DNA of 50,380 nt from Trichormus sp. ATA11-4-KO1 (GTDB taxonomy: Bacteria; Cyanobacteriota; Cyanobacteriia; Cyanobacteriales; Nostocaceae). How positions within the stretch are numbered: the stretch's first letter is position 1; every line of letters starts with the position of its first letter. Below, piece after piece: positions 31,400 to 41,780 of this stretch. The translations under genes were made by a program, and so were the position numbers. Location: the NCBI GenBank assembly GCA_019358915.1, contig JAHHIM010000033.1:1-50380 (forward strand). The letters run 5' to 3'. The notes beneath the pieces are model-generated. The model was not told where the DNA came from. It did no database searches and worked only from the letters and a program-made list of their open reading frames with translations.

Positions 31400-31439
31400 A
31401 ATCAGAGTCAATACCTATGCTGGTATGGCTCTGATTTTT
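31400..31439 (+). terminator. Intrinsic terminator after the giant gene
   Basis: aatcagag-tca-atacc / ggtat-gg-ctctgatt stem followed by a T run. Confidence 0.65.
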
Positions 31440-31480
31440 GGTAGTAGTGCATAGTAATGATTTAGCTTCTGAGATTAGTA

Positions 31481-31857
31481 TTAGACCCGTCCTAAAACTC
31501 GCAAGCCAATATCGACAAGGCTTCGAAACCAGTCCTTGCAGATTCTGTTTCAACGTAGAAATCAGGGTTTGATATAGTTACTGATAGTTTAGAGCCAAAA
31601 AATACATAATCTTGTCCGACGCCAACACAATTTTTAATTAATATGAATTATCTGGGTAAGACAAAGGTTCCAATTCGCAGCCTTACCAGACCACAAACTA
31701 ATAAAACTATTTCATTATAAACATCAGCATTTAGTCTAAATCTTTGTGATGCTACTGGGAAAATTTTCACAACACGTATTAAATGCTCTACAAATATACG
31801 CTTGCTAGATAAAACTTTATTTTCTGATTTTTGTTGCTCGTTTAATTCTTGTTTCTT
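31481..31857 (-). mobile_element. IS remnant: C-terminal fragment of an IS5/ISL2-like DDE transposase plus probable right end
   Basis: Minus frame 31857-31648: KKQELNEQQKSENKVLSSKRIFVEHLIRVVKIF...RFRL...VCGLVRLRIG (N...S..R..VEH motif); right-end position is approximate. Confidence 0.75.
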
Positions 31858-31987
31858 TCAAAATCTCACGGAAGAAGAATTAGCAATTTTTGACTTACTG
31901 ACTAAACCAGAAATTAAACTCACTAAGCAAGAAGAACAAGAAGTCAAACAAGTTGCCAAAGAATTATCGCATCATCTAAGTTTTTAG
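31858..31987 (+). pseudogene. Fragment resembling the C-terminus of a type I restriction subunit R (HsdR)
   Basis: NLTEEELAIFDLLTKPEIKLTKQEEQEVKQVAKEL; abuts the IS fragment; no genuine start. Confidence 0.6.
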
Positions 31988-32152
31988 TTGGTAAGCTAGC
32001 AATGTGATTGCGATATTTTCGATGAGGTAAACACCTTGACCCTTTCACTTTACCCCAGTTTTACCCCAAAAATCTCTGAAGGCTCTAGAAGTAAACCCTG
32101 GAACTCTCATTAAAAAAGGGTTTTCAAGCCCTGTAATGCTTAGATTTCTTCA

Positions 32153-32224
<72 letters not shown>

Positions 32225-32594
32225 GCACTCACAGTTCATTATCATACCAACATTTTATCTAAATTTGCACCTCCCAAGGAGAAAATATTGCTGGATTTCG
32301 GGAAATTCAGTAGTCACTTGTATTTTGACATCAAAGGTAATGGTATAGCTGAGTAGACATTTGTGGAGATAGCATGAGGAATTGATGAATTTTTGCCAAA
32401 GATGAGTGACGTAAAATACCAAAAAAACACAATATCACTCCTAAGATGGATGAAAAATGAGTTTTTTTAAGAAATTAGATGTCTATATATGGTTTTTAGT
32501 TCTATGATTACATGAAAATCATTCAGACCTAGATCAGCTACATTCCCGAAAAAAGAATCAGATGTTAAGACACACACACGGCAATCAGTAAATA

Positions 32595-33380
32595 ATGAAT
32601 CAAGTGTCTCCCCTATCAATTGCTCAGGTGACAGATACCCATCTGTTTGCTTCAGAACATCACAAAATGCTGGAAATGCCTACTACGCAATCTTTCCAGA
32701 CAATTATAGAGAGATTAAAAGAACTACGGACTGAACTTGATTTACTACTGCTAACGGGAGATTTATCTGGCGATGGCACACCTGAATCCTATGAAAACCT
32801 GCAAAATCTACTAAATCCCCTACAAATACCAACTTACTGGCTACCAGGGAATCATGACTGCGCGATCGCCATGGATGATATCTTAAATATGGGGATGATT
32901 TCCCGGCGCAAGTCTTTTCAGCGTGGTGGTTGGAATTTTATTTTGCTCAATTCTTCTGTCCCGGAATGTGTGCATGGTTATCTTCCAGGTAAGACATTAG
33001 ATTGGTTAGACTCTGAGTTAAAAATATTGGGTAACAACCCTACAGTGGTAGCGCTACATCATCCGCCTTTTCCAGTAAATTCTGCGTGGCTAGATACCAG
33101 CACCTTGCAAAATCCTCAAGAATTTTTTGCGGTTCTTGATAGCCACCCGCAAGTCAAGTTAGTTTTATTTGGTCATATTCATCAAGAATTTCAGCACCAG
33201 CGTCATGCGGTTGAGTACCTGAGTACCCCGTCAACTTGCATTCAGTTCCAATCAAAAAGCCCAACTTTTGTAATCGACCAACAATTCCCAGGATTTCGGT
33301 TGTTAAAATTATACCCCAATGGTATGTGGGAAACTACGGTTGAACGAGTTCCAAGTGCTGTTCCAAGTGCTGAGTGCTGA
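32595..33380 (+). CDS. cpdA: 3',5'-cyclic-nucleotide phosphodiesterase (Icc/CpdA family)
   Basis: DTH, TGDL..DG, PGNHD, LHHPP, GHIHQ, PSTC.QF, PGFR.L.L motifs. Confidence 0.9.
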   Translation: MNQVSPLSIAQVTDTHLFASEHHKMLEMPTTQSFQTIIERLKELRTELDLLLLTGDLSGDGTPESYENLQNLLNPLQIPTYWLPGNHDCAIAMDDILNMGMISRRKSFQRGGWNFILLNSSVPECVHGYLPGKTLDWLDSELKILGNNPTVVALHHPPFPVNSAWLDTSTLQNPQEFFAVLDSHPQVKLVLFGHIHQEFQHQRHAVEYLSTPSTCIQFQSKSPTFVIDQQFPGFRLLKLYPNGMWETTVERVPSAVPSAEC

Positions 33381-33454
33381 GTGCGCTTGCTCTGAGCGAA
33401 GTCGAAGGGGAGTGCTGAGTAAAAAATACTAGTCCCTAGTTTCTCATCACCTTT

Positions 33455-34042
33455 TCAACCGACCTCATCAGCAAAACTATTTTTACGCACAAAGTGAAAT
33501 GGGCCGGCGACAGATCCCCAGATATGCGCATCGGTGTCTAAGTCGCGTCCTCTGTCAAGGCTGATGAATTTTTCTTCGCTAATTTCAAATTCACTATCTA
33601 AATAGGTTTTTTGCCCTTTGCGAAACACGATGCAACCTTTTCCTGACTCTACCTTGCCTTTAAAGCTGTTACCAGTCCACTCTACAATCATGTTACAGCC
33701 TGATAACTTTTCTAAGTCATTGCCATTTAAAGTTTTGAGGCGTTGGAGGTCACGGGATGCACCGTAAAAATTTTCTTCTTGTTTAACAGTGTAGTTTTCA
33801 ATTTGAATGCGATCGCCTGTGGTTAGCAGTTTCAATACTCGCACACGATAGGGGTCATTCAACATATAGTCGTAAGCTTGTTCGACAAACAAACTCACCC
33901 CTGATAATATCTCCCAGGGTAAAGGACGCATACACACGCGAATATGGGCAAAAAAAGGTGGGTTTTCAAAAGCTTGTGCTTGATTGCTAAAGTCAGCTGC
34001 CATCCAGCGAGCTAAGGTAGTAATATCAGTAGAATTAGTCAT
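33455..34042 (-). CDS. cpcT: CpcT/CpeT-family phycobiliprotein chromophore lyase
   Basis: FSNQAQAFENPPFFAHI, EQAY..PYR.R, DRG.D....HIWGS..GPF.F. Confidence 0.93.
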   Translation of the reverse strand: MTNSTDITTLARWMAADFSNQAQAFENPPFFAHIRVCMRPLPWEILSGVSLFVEQAYDYMLNDPYRVRVLKLLTTGDRIQIENYTVKQEENFYGASRDLQRLKTLNGNDLEKLSGCNMIVEWTGNSFKGKVESGKGCIVFRKGQKTYLDSEFEISEEKFISLDRGRDLDTDAHIWGSVAGPFHFVRKNSFADEVG

Positions 34043-34238
34043 TTGAGATGGTCAATTGATTTAATTAAAATTATCTGGAAGTATTGTAAGGCTTGAGCGT
34101 AAGGAGTGAGCAATAGGGAATCAGGAGCGGGATAATTATCAATTCTTTATACGTCCAACAAATTGGCAGTTAAAATTGTTGGGCATGGGGATAATGCCCA
34201 ATGCCTAATACCCTATTCCCATCCAAGGTAAAGTACCT

Positions 34239-35462
34239 ATGTTACGGCGTTTATGTGTTGCAATCATTTTCGCTATCCTCTGGCAGCTTAACAGTTCGTT
34301 GGCACTGGCAGAGAGCAAAAAGCCCAAACAACCAGATAAATTTCCCCCCAGTCCGCTAGAAATTATTACACCTGATCCACTGCTACCGCCTTTGCTGGAT
34401 AAGCAGCAGTTAACTTTTCAAGAACTGCAAAACTTGGAGGCGGCTTTGGATGACTTAAATCAACAAGCAGCAGCGAAATTGCAAGCCGGGGATCAGGAAG
34501 CAGCATTTGATATTTGGAATCGGGAACTACGCTTGCGGCGTTATTTAGGTTCGTTAGTAGAAGTACAAGCATTGTCGCGGGTAGGTGCGATCGCCTGGAA
34601 TCAAAACAATAATCAGCAGGTACAATATATTACTCAGCGATTGCAAGTTATTCAAAAGCAAGCACGCAGCCAAAAGAATTTAGATTTAAATTTAATGCGA
34701 TCGCTAGGTGAAGCTTATCAAAAAGTGCGATCGCTGCAATCTGCTCTAGGAGTTTATCAGCAAATTTTAACAGTAGTCCGGCAGCAACAAGATACAGCAG
34801 CAATAGTGCAAACCCTCAACACTATTGGAGAACTGCATCTAATCTGGTTTGATTATCCCCAAGCCGCCGCCACCTACGAGGAATTGTTAAATTTAGCGTC
34901 TTCTCAGGGAGAAAGCCTAAATCAGTTAGCGTATTTACAACAGCTAGCTTATATTTATCAGCAGGCAAAACAACCCCAGCAGGCAATTAATATCCTAGAT
35001 AGGCTAGCAGAAATTTATCTACAAGAAAATAATATTACTAAAATACCAGAATTAAAACTAGCGATTGGTACCAATTATGAATCATTAGCACAGCAAAACC
35101 CCAGTCTACTCCAGGATGCATTTCAAAACTATCAAGAAGCTTATATTACTGCTTGGCGATCGCAGCAGTATGTTCGTGCTGGTGAAGCTTTACAGAAATT
35201 AATTTCCTTATATCGTTCTCAAGGACAAATAGACGAAGCTTTGCAAGCTAGCCAAATTCTTATAGCAGCACAAGAGCAAGCCGCCAATTTTTACGGAATG
35301 ATGCAAGCTTATGATCAAATAGGGCAATTATATCTGGAACGCAAAGAATATCCTCAGGCATTAACAGCTTTTCAAAACGGCTTAGAACTAGCAAAACAAC
35401 TCAAACATGAGGAATCATATTTTAATCAGCAGATTGAAAAAGTAGCGAAACCTGATTTTTAA
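34239..35462 (+). CDS. Exported tetratricopeptide-repeat protein
   Basis: Signal peptide (..SLALA) and repeated LG..Y....A...YQ..L helical TPR motifs. Confidence 0.85.
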   Translation: MLRRLCVAIIFAILWQLNSSLALAESKKPKQPDKFPPSPLEIITPDPLLPPLLDKQQLTFQELQNLEAALDDLNQQAAAKLQAGDQEAAFDIWNRELRLRRYLGSLVEVQALSRVGAIAWNQNNNQQVQYITQRLQVIQKQARSQKNLDLNLMRSLGEAYQKVRSLQSALGVYQQILTVVRQQQDTAAIVQTLNTIGELHLIWFDYPQAAATYEELLNLASSQGESLNQLAYLQQLAYIYQQAKQPQQAINILDRLAEIYLQENNITKIPELKLAIGTNYESLAQQNPSLLQDAFQNYQEAYITAWRSQQYVRAGEALQKLISLYRSQGQIDEALQASQILIAAQEQAANFYGMMQAYDQIGQLYLERKEYPQALTAFQNGLELAKQLKHEESYFNQQIEKVAKPDF

Positions 35463-35550
35463 TAATTGAATTGGGGACTGGGAATCAAAGATTAGAAACT
35501 AGGATAGTAACGAATTGTGAAAACAACTCTTTCCTACTCTCCATTACCCA

Positions 35551-35610
35551 TTAGAGCCGTTCAACAAAATCATGTGTATGTTGTGGATGCAGATGTCTGA
35601 AGAGGTGGAC
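35551..35610 (+). pseudogene. Short remnant of an iron-siderophore ABC substrate-binding protein
   Basis: RAVQQNHVYVVDADV*RGG parallels KAVKQNHVYRVDPTIWRG in 37470-37829. Confidence 0.6.
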
Positions 35611-35902
35611 ACAAGATAATTCGTAATTCGTAATTCGTAATTACGACTACTTATTACCTCGATTTGCATCTAGGTTTTATCTAAATTTAACGGCGTTGGA
35701 ACGCTACGCGAACAGCCCTTATTTGAGGACTAAAGTCCTCACTACAAACCTTTAATTATTTACGCTGTCCTACTTATGAGTAACTGTGTAATTAAATAAT
35801 TCCAGATTTGTCGGAAAAGTTTTGTCAATTTGTGCTGCTAATAGCAGCTTAATTTTAGCCTAATTTGCTCTCCTGAAAACTCGTGAATTATTAATAAAAA
35901 AG

Positions 35903-35944
35903 TTGTCAATCATGATTGACAAGTATAATTTTATACCGTAATAT
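35903..35944 (+). promoter_or_regulatory. Sigma70-type promoter overlapped by two palindromes
   Basis: TTGACA(35916-35921)-17 bp-TAATAT(35939-35944); perfect 20-bp palindrome TTGTCAATCATGATTGACAA (35903-35922); GTA-N8-TAC (35923-35936) in the spacer. Confidence 0.65.
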
Positions 35945-36025
35945 TAACAGTATGGGAAAGGCGATCGCCCTCCACCAAGAGTTTGCGATCGCCTTCCTGT
36001 AGCCTCCACTTAAGGAAACAACACA

Positions 36026-36313
36026 ATGATGACACAATTACACAACTACGTCACACAACAAGCTCAATCAGATTTACAACAGTTCTTGCGCGGTGAAGAT
36101 CAACTCACCCTGAATCAACTTTCCCCAAGCCTATCTCCCACCAGAGAACCAATTAAACATTTACTGATTGGTTCTCCCAAAGCTGTTACAAGTACGATTC
36201 ACTACTTGCAGGTGATCGGTTATGCCAGTGTGGGAGAATGGAGTCTACTCTTACCAACTGCTAACTCAGGTGAGGTGATGAGTATTTTAGTCCGTCAGAT
36301 TTTGATGCAATAA
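36026..36313 (+). CDS. Small hypothetical protein, 95 aa (recurrent cyanobacterial type)
   Basis: SD taagga upstream; REPIKHLLIGS...TI..L...GYA...EWS...GEVMSIL core; own promoter and downstream hairpin gccccca/tgggggc. Confidence 0.7.
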   Translation: MMTQLHNYVTQQAQSDLQQFLRGEDQLTLNQLSPSLSPTREPIKHLLIGSPKAVTSTIHYLQVIGYASVGEWSLLLPTANSGEVMSILVRQILMQ

Positions 36314-36479
36314 CTAAGTTGCCATAGCCGCATAACTCTCGCCCCCAATTTACTGGGGGCTTCTGTAGGTGGGCAGTTTTAATGGCGTGAAAAACAAATT
36401 TGATGATGACAGGTGAATCTGCAAATCAGGAAATCTATACTTAATTGGCTTTAGTATCAAGCATTCACGGTAAGATTAT

Positions 36480-36499
36480 TGATAATAAATATCATTAAT
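36480..36499 (+). promoter_or_regulatory. Fur box
   Basis: TGATAAT-A-AATATCA 7-1-7 motif; 14/19 match to GATAATGATAATCATTATC; upstream of the AraC remnant. Confidence 0.7.
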
Positions 36500-36519
36500 T
36501 AGCAAGCATCTATCCAGTC

Positions 36520-36720
36520 ATGACCATCACCCTGACTATGAAAGAGGATTGGGAACTGTGGGCGGAAGCTAACTACAATAGCACCCCACAACCCCAAAAA
36601 GAGCCATTTGAAAACCTCCGTGAGATGCCCAAGCGATTAGGTAAAGGCTATAAAAGACATATTGAGGTGCATCCTCATCTGTGGCTGTCGATTTGGGATT
36701 GTGAATATCACGAATATTAC
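36520..36720 (+). pseudogene. N-terminal fragment of a PchR-like AraC-family regulator of the kind found in siderophore-uptake clusters
   Basis: MTITLT..E.WELW.E...P..LGKGY.R.IE..P.LWL.I.D.EYH; the rest of the ORF is antisense to brnA and no HTH is present. Confidence 0.65.
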
Positions 36721-36736
36721 AAGCATAATATCAGGT

Positions 36737-36961
36737 TCAGATGTGCTGCTCAAGTCGCTCGGCAATCCATACTTTTATTATTGATTGTCGAGTTACCCCT
36801 ATTCGCGCAGCTTCTCGGTCAAGTGCTTCAATCATCCAGGTGGGAAAATCAACGTTTACACGTCGTTGCTCATAACCTGGACGACGAATCGTGTTCATAT
36901 CCAGATACGTAGTCATATCCTCACCTGCATCAAATTTTTGATCAAACTCTTCAGCCTTCAT
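36737..36961 (-). CDS. brnA: BrnA/CopG-type antitoxin
   Basis: MKAEEFDQKFD.GED...LD....RRP....RVNVDFP.WMI..LD.EA.R.GVTRQS.IK.W.AERL. Confidence 0.85.
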   Translation of the reverse strand: MKAEEFDQKFDAGEDMTTYLDMNTIRRPGYEQRRVNVDFPTWMIEALDREAARIGVTRQSIIKVWIAERLEQHI

Positions 36962-37106
36962 ATAGTTTTATCTCTTCATCTCTGGCTCGGCGTGCAGCAA
37001 TTTCTACTCTGTTGATATCGAGCCATAGCTTTTGCGCCTCGACGAAATCGATACCGTGTTTTACTTGATTGGATTTATTTTTTTCCTCATCGAATTCAAA
37101 TTCCAT
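36951..37106 (-). pseudogene. brnT: BrnT toxin with in-frame internal deletion (51 aa; not in the ORF track)
   Basis: MEFEFDEEKNKSNQVKHGIDFVEAQKLWLDINRVEIAARRARDEEIKLYEG*; overlaps the brnA start; central beta strands and RIIS motif are missing. Confidence 0.8.
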
Positions 37107-37469
37107 TAAAGCAAAGACATTATGGTCTTTTATCTAAAAAGGTATATTTAATATATCATTAATACTCTATCTCGACAAAATTGTCCAATTCTTATTCCTA
37201 GCAAGGACACTTTTGCTACTGTCTTCAAAAGAAATTTTGGTATTACACTTAGATAATGTTTGTCAGGAAAGAGAAATATTTTCACTTCGTGATGCCGTTT
37301 TGCAGCTGAAATACCGTTTTGCACTAGACTCACCCACGAGTATCTCTCTACACTAATATTTCATTGCAATTAATAACTATCTGCAATAAGTCTGTGAGTC
37401 AAAACAGTGTGAGAAAAGATATGCAAACTTGGCGATCGCTATCAGAACAAAACAGTATCTTTCGTTGTC

Positions 37470-37829
37470 TTGTGGGGTAATAGAATATTTGCTGAGGCAG
37501 GAAATTCATTTGCTGGTTCTATCTTTTATGAGTTGGGATTACAACTTCCCAAAATCCAAAAATCCGATGCGAAAGGAGTTATTGAACTTTCCCATGAAAC
37601 CTTCAATCTCATCGACAGTGATGTGATGTTTGTGATGTTTCATGGCAGTAATGACTCAATCGAACATAATCTTGGACTGTTTCAGCAAAACCAACTTTGG
37701 CAGCTGCTAAAAGCAGTTAAACAAAATCATGTATATCGTGTAGACCCAACAATTTGGCGTGGTCGAAATCCTCTGGCTGCGGATGCTGTAATTGATGACC
37801 TTTATAAATACCTCGTCAACACCCCTTAA
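37470..37829 (+). pseudogene. C-terminal half of an iron-siderophore ABC substrate-binding protein
   Basis: SFAGSIF.ELGL..P, LS.E....IDSDV.F, LWQ.LKAVKQNHVY.VD...W.G....AA..VIDDL.KYL; lacks the lipoprotein N-terminus. Confidence 0.8.
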
Positions 37830-37834
37830 TTCTT

Positions 37835-37909
37835 ATGCCTAAACATACATTATTCATCTGCAAATCCTGCCACCGTTCATCTGAAGAAGCAGTGCCGTCA
37901 ATCTTGTAG
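37835..37909 (+). pseudogene. Collapsed remnant of a DUF1636-type Cys-containing protein
   Basis: MPKHTLFICKSCHRSSEEAVPSIL*; the N-terminal HTLF.CxxC motif is kept and the remainder is absent. Confidence 0.55.
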
Positions 37910-38237
37910 AATGCGTAAAACCTAGTAAAACCCAACAAAACTAACTGATAAAAATCATAGTTGTCATAATAATAAACCTACAAGAATGTCCGCAATTCCT
38001 CAACAGTATTTGAACTTTTAATCGCTTGCTTAACTACTTGCAATTTTGGCAAATCACTAATTTGTCAGATAGTCGGCATTAACTCTAAATCATCTGAGCC
38101 AACCTTGATTTACAATCTTATTGATGACCTATACAAATACCTCGTTAATACTTCTTAAGTTAAACAATGGTATCGTATTATTATATTATTTAGGCATGAA
38201 GAGGGGGTATAATATCACTAAGCTGAAAAATACTTGA

Positions 38238-38674
<437 letters not shown>

Positions 38675-38846
38675 GCATGATTGCTTATTGACCAATTTCA
38701 ATAGAGGCTTGTATCGATACCCTGAGCCTCATCCATGTCACAGTTTCATCAAACACCGATGACAGAATTATCCACTGAATGTTTGGATGCTCTAAAACAT
38801 AATTTTTGACTGCAAGTTGATGTTTTTCTGACTGAACAAAAAATGC

Positions 38847-38959
38847 GGCGTTGCATAATTGCGGGATGATTTATCTCACGCAGAGGCGCAAAGGCGCAGA
38901 GAGAATCAAGAGTTTAAGATTTTAATACATCAAATTTCATCCCATGATTCACCAACGCC
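38847..38959. repeat. MITE-like element with long imperfect terminal inverted repeats
   Basis: ggcgttgcataattgcgggatga ... tcatcccatgattcaccaacgcc with internal cgca(g/a)agg 8-mers; similar core at 48474-48535. Confidence 0.6.
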
Positions 38960-39066
38960 TATAAATCTTGTAGGGTAGGCCGGACAGCCCACCATTGTGT
39001 ACCTCACTGACACAAAATATGCTGTAATAGCTCCTCACAAAAGCAAAATGAGCAAACGGACAGTAA

Positions 39067-40332
39067 TCAAACAAGTGTTGATTCTAGTTTCTTCGATGCT
39101 TGAACTAGCTGATAAAGTTTACTTTCAAACTTTTCTGTACATGCCGACCAATCATATTGGATTATAGAGGGACGAGCTTGTTGAGTCATTTCTGCTTTCA
39201 GTTGAGAATTTTCTAGAATTGCCACAACTTTTTGAGCAAAATCTTTGGGGTTGTTGGGTTTAGCTAAAAAGCCGTTATGACCAGGGAAAACTTGCTCGGA
39301 TGTTGAGGGTGCAACCACAGCAACCACAGGAGTCCCAGAAGCCAGCGCTTCGTTATTTGTAGTGCAGAAATTTTCGGTAGCAGAGGGATTAACAAATACG
39401 TCTGCACGAGCAAACCAACCTAAAAGTTCTGTACCATGAGACTCGCCCCATACTGTAATCCCAGATGCAAACTTTTGGGCACGCCGACGGAGTTCTTCAT
39501 CTAAAGGCCCGCTACCGATGATCACTAAATGGACATCAGGAATTTTGGCAGCAATTAGAGGAAAAGCATCTATCAACTGCATGACATTTTTTTCAGCAGT
39601 AATGCGTCCGACAAAAATAATGGTTGGTCGGTGGTCATTAGGAATCGGGTTATGGATGATATTTCGAGGGTGAAATTTGTCGCAATCAATTCCTTGATAA
39701 GGAACGTATTCACCGCGTTGACATTTCAGCTTTTCGTACTTTTGTAGCTGTGCTTGAGAAGGAAATAAATTGGCATCATAAACCTTAGTAGACTGCTTGA
39801 CTAAAAGAGGAATAATTGGCCGCATCAAATTGAAAAACTGATTTCCCAAGTAATATTGAATATAAGCAACAATATCTGTGTGAAAAATAGAAATAATTGG
39901 CGTGCCAGTTCGCTTGGCATATTCAACTCCAATTGGACGACCATAACCTTGCAAGAAAAGTGAGTAAAAGCCTCTCATTTGTGGCGCTTCTTCAACTACC
40001 ACAATATCTGGTTGAAAACTTTCCAGTAACTTGGTATCATTCCAATGTCGATGGTTCAATGGTTGCGGTAGAGATTTGTAAAAAATCAGTGGCTGTGTGG
40101 GGAATGCATAAGAAGTAAAGTTGGGGAAAGGCTGTAATTCTTCCAATCCTGGCATAGGACGATTGCCAACATTTTTAGGGTACTGGTCGTTGATTTCTGG
40201 ATGAACCAGAAAGACTTCATGTCCCTGTTGTAGTAACCAGCGAACTCGTTGGTGTACTGCAACTGAAACTCCCGTCAAAAAAGGAGCATACAATCCTGTA
40301 AATAGCGCAATGCGAAGTGGTTGCTTGTGCAT
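39067..40332 (-). CDS. hglT: GT4 glycosyltransferase, heterocyst glycolipid synthase HglT
   Basis: GT-B fold motifs FVGRI..EKN and ENFCTTNNEALASGTPVV; terminal position in the hgdB-hgdC-hgdA cluster. Confidence 0.85.
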   Translation of the reverse strand: MHKQPLRIALFTGLYAPFLTGVSVAVHQRVRWLLQQGHEVFLVHPEINDQYPKNVGNRPMPGLEELQPFPNFTSYAFPTQPLIFYKSLPQPLNHRHWNDTKLLESFQPDIVVVEEAPQMRGFYSLFLQGYGRPIGVEYAKRTGTPIISIFHTDIVAYIQYYLGNQFFNLMRPIIPLLVKQSTKVYDANLFPSQAQLQKYEKLKCQRGEYVPYQGIDCDKFHPRNIIHNPIPNDHRPTIIFVGRITAEKNVMQLIDAFPLIAAKIPDVHLVIIGSGPLDEELRRRAQKFASGITVWGESHGTELLGWFARADVFVNPSATENFCTTNNEALASGTPVVAVVAPSTSEQVFPGHNGFLAKPNNPKDFAQKVVAILENSQLKAEMTQQARPSIIQYDWSACTEKFESKLYQLVQASKKLESTLV

Positions 40333-40435
40333 AAATTTAGTGAATTTGTGTATTTGGATTCAGCAAAAAATTAGTATCTTTAAACTTGAATACCTGTTCG
40401 TACTTTTCAAGTTAGATTAAGGATTTACCGCCTGG

Positions 40436-41698
40436 TCAATTTAAAGAAACATTTGGTGAAACAGGTTGATCTAACAACTGATAAGGACGGTATTGGACTA
40501 ACCGAATTCTCCAAGGGCCTTTGAATCGATAGGTGATGCCGCGCCACTTCACTTTTTGCATCCACAAGGAAGATAGCATTGCTAACCCATATACCCACTG
40601 TGTCAAGGGAATCCCGATTAACATTTTGACAATTGTGGCAATTGAGAAATGTGTGTTTGGTTGACTGTGAGAGCAAATGACTAGCTGTACTCCTTGCTCT
40701 AAGAAAAGTACGATTAAGAGTAGTGCCACCACATAGCTGCTATAGCAGCTAAAAGATAATGCCGCAGCATACCATTGTCCAGTGAACAAAGCTGCCACAA
40801 ACAATACACTCAACAACATGGGAAAAAGTATTGTTAAAATCGTGTTGCCAATCACAGCCAACCAATTGGGGTAATAAAGTCGGCAAAAAAGTAGCTGGCG
40901 CTGCATCCAGTATCTTAAGCCTGGTAAATCGCATTCTTCCTGATTGAGCATCATCAGAGAAGGCACAAACCTAACCTGCATGTTATGTTTATTCAAAATG
41001 CTCCGCATCATGGTGTCCTCACAGAAAGCCTTCCCCCACTTGTCTAGCAATCCTGTTTGGTAAAGTACTTCTGTTTTTACAGCCAAAGTCCCACCCCAAG
41101 GAATTTCATATATGTACATCTGCACCACTGCCGAAACATTCCAGATGTATCGCACCAGAGTCCCCCAATAATCACCTGTAGGCGCATACCAACGGTTACC
41201 CGTTGTCGCTCCGACTTGTGGTTCAGCTAGAGGACTGACTAATTCTTGCAGCCAATTGGCATGGACGATTGTATCGGCATCTACTAAAGCAACTACCTGA
41301 TAAGAATCGTCCAACTCTGTAACAGCTTGTATTAAGGAACTACATTTGAGACTGCAATTTTTGCGTATTATTCTTAAAGGGCTAATTTGAACATTAGTTG
41401 TGCCTTGTTCCTCAATAGTATCAGTAGCAATTGACCATGCTGGATCTTCCATTCGATCAATAACCAGTTTTAAATCATACTGTGGGTAGTTCTGATTCAA
41501 TAGCGCTTTCAAACAATCTGGCAAAAACGGATCAGCACCGCGTAGGCAAAGAATCACTGCCGTTTTGGGTAATTGTTCATCTGGTAAGAGGTTTTTTTTG
41601 TATGAGCATAAACGCCATAAAAAGACCAGCATGAAATAAACTTGAATAGCCAGGCCAACCGATAAACATCTACATAGGAATGTTACTAAGTCGTTCAT
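40436..41698 (-). CDS. Membrane GT2/GT21-like glycosyltransferase (All5342-like)
   Basis: LCLRGADP, VDAD, WGG, ED, W..RQ motifs; C-terminal TM helices and V.WRG..Y. Confidence 0.85.
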   Translation of the reverse strand: MNDLVTFLCRCLSVGLAIQVYFMLVFLWRLCSYKKNLLPDEQLPKTAVILCLRGADPFLPDCLKALLNQNYPQYDLKLVIDRMEDPAWSIATDTIEEQGTTNVQISPLRIIRKNCSLKCSSLIQAVTELDDSYQVVALVDADTIVHANWLQELVSPLAEPQVGATTGNRWYAPTGDYWGTLVRYIWNVSAVVQMYIYEIPWGGTLAVKTEVLYQTGLLDKWGKAFCEDTMMRSILNKHNMQVRFVPSLMMLNQEECDLPGLRYWMQRQLLFCRLYYPNWLAVIGNTILTILFPMLLSVLFVAALFTGQWYAAALSFSCYSSYVVALLLIVLFLEQGVQLVICSHSQPNTHFSIATIVKMLIGIPLTQWVYGLAMLSSLWMQKVKWRGITYRFKGPWRIRLVQYRPYQLLDQPVSPNVSLN

Positions 41699-41780
41699 CT
41701 TTAATTCCTTGTATGCGATTGACCTTGAGAGATGAACCAGAACCTAATAACAATTCGTAATTCGTGATTGTTGATTGTGG

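Noticed and set aside
31802..31987. 61-aa ORF as a real gene
   Set aside because: Chimera of antisense transposase DNA and an HsdR-like fragment.
35618..35643. AATTCGT heptamer runs (also ~41753, ~47004, ~47108)
   Set aside because: Ordinary Nostocales short tandem repeats in intergenic DNA with no further structure.
36520..36912. 130-aa ORF as an intact gene
   Set aside because: Only the first ~65 codons are AraC-like; the rest reads through antisense brnA.
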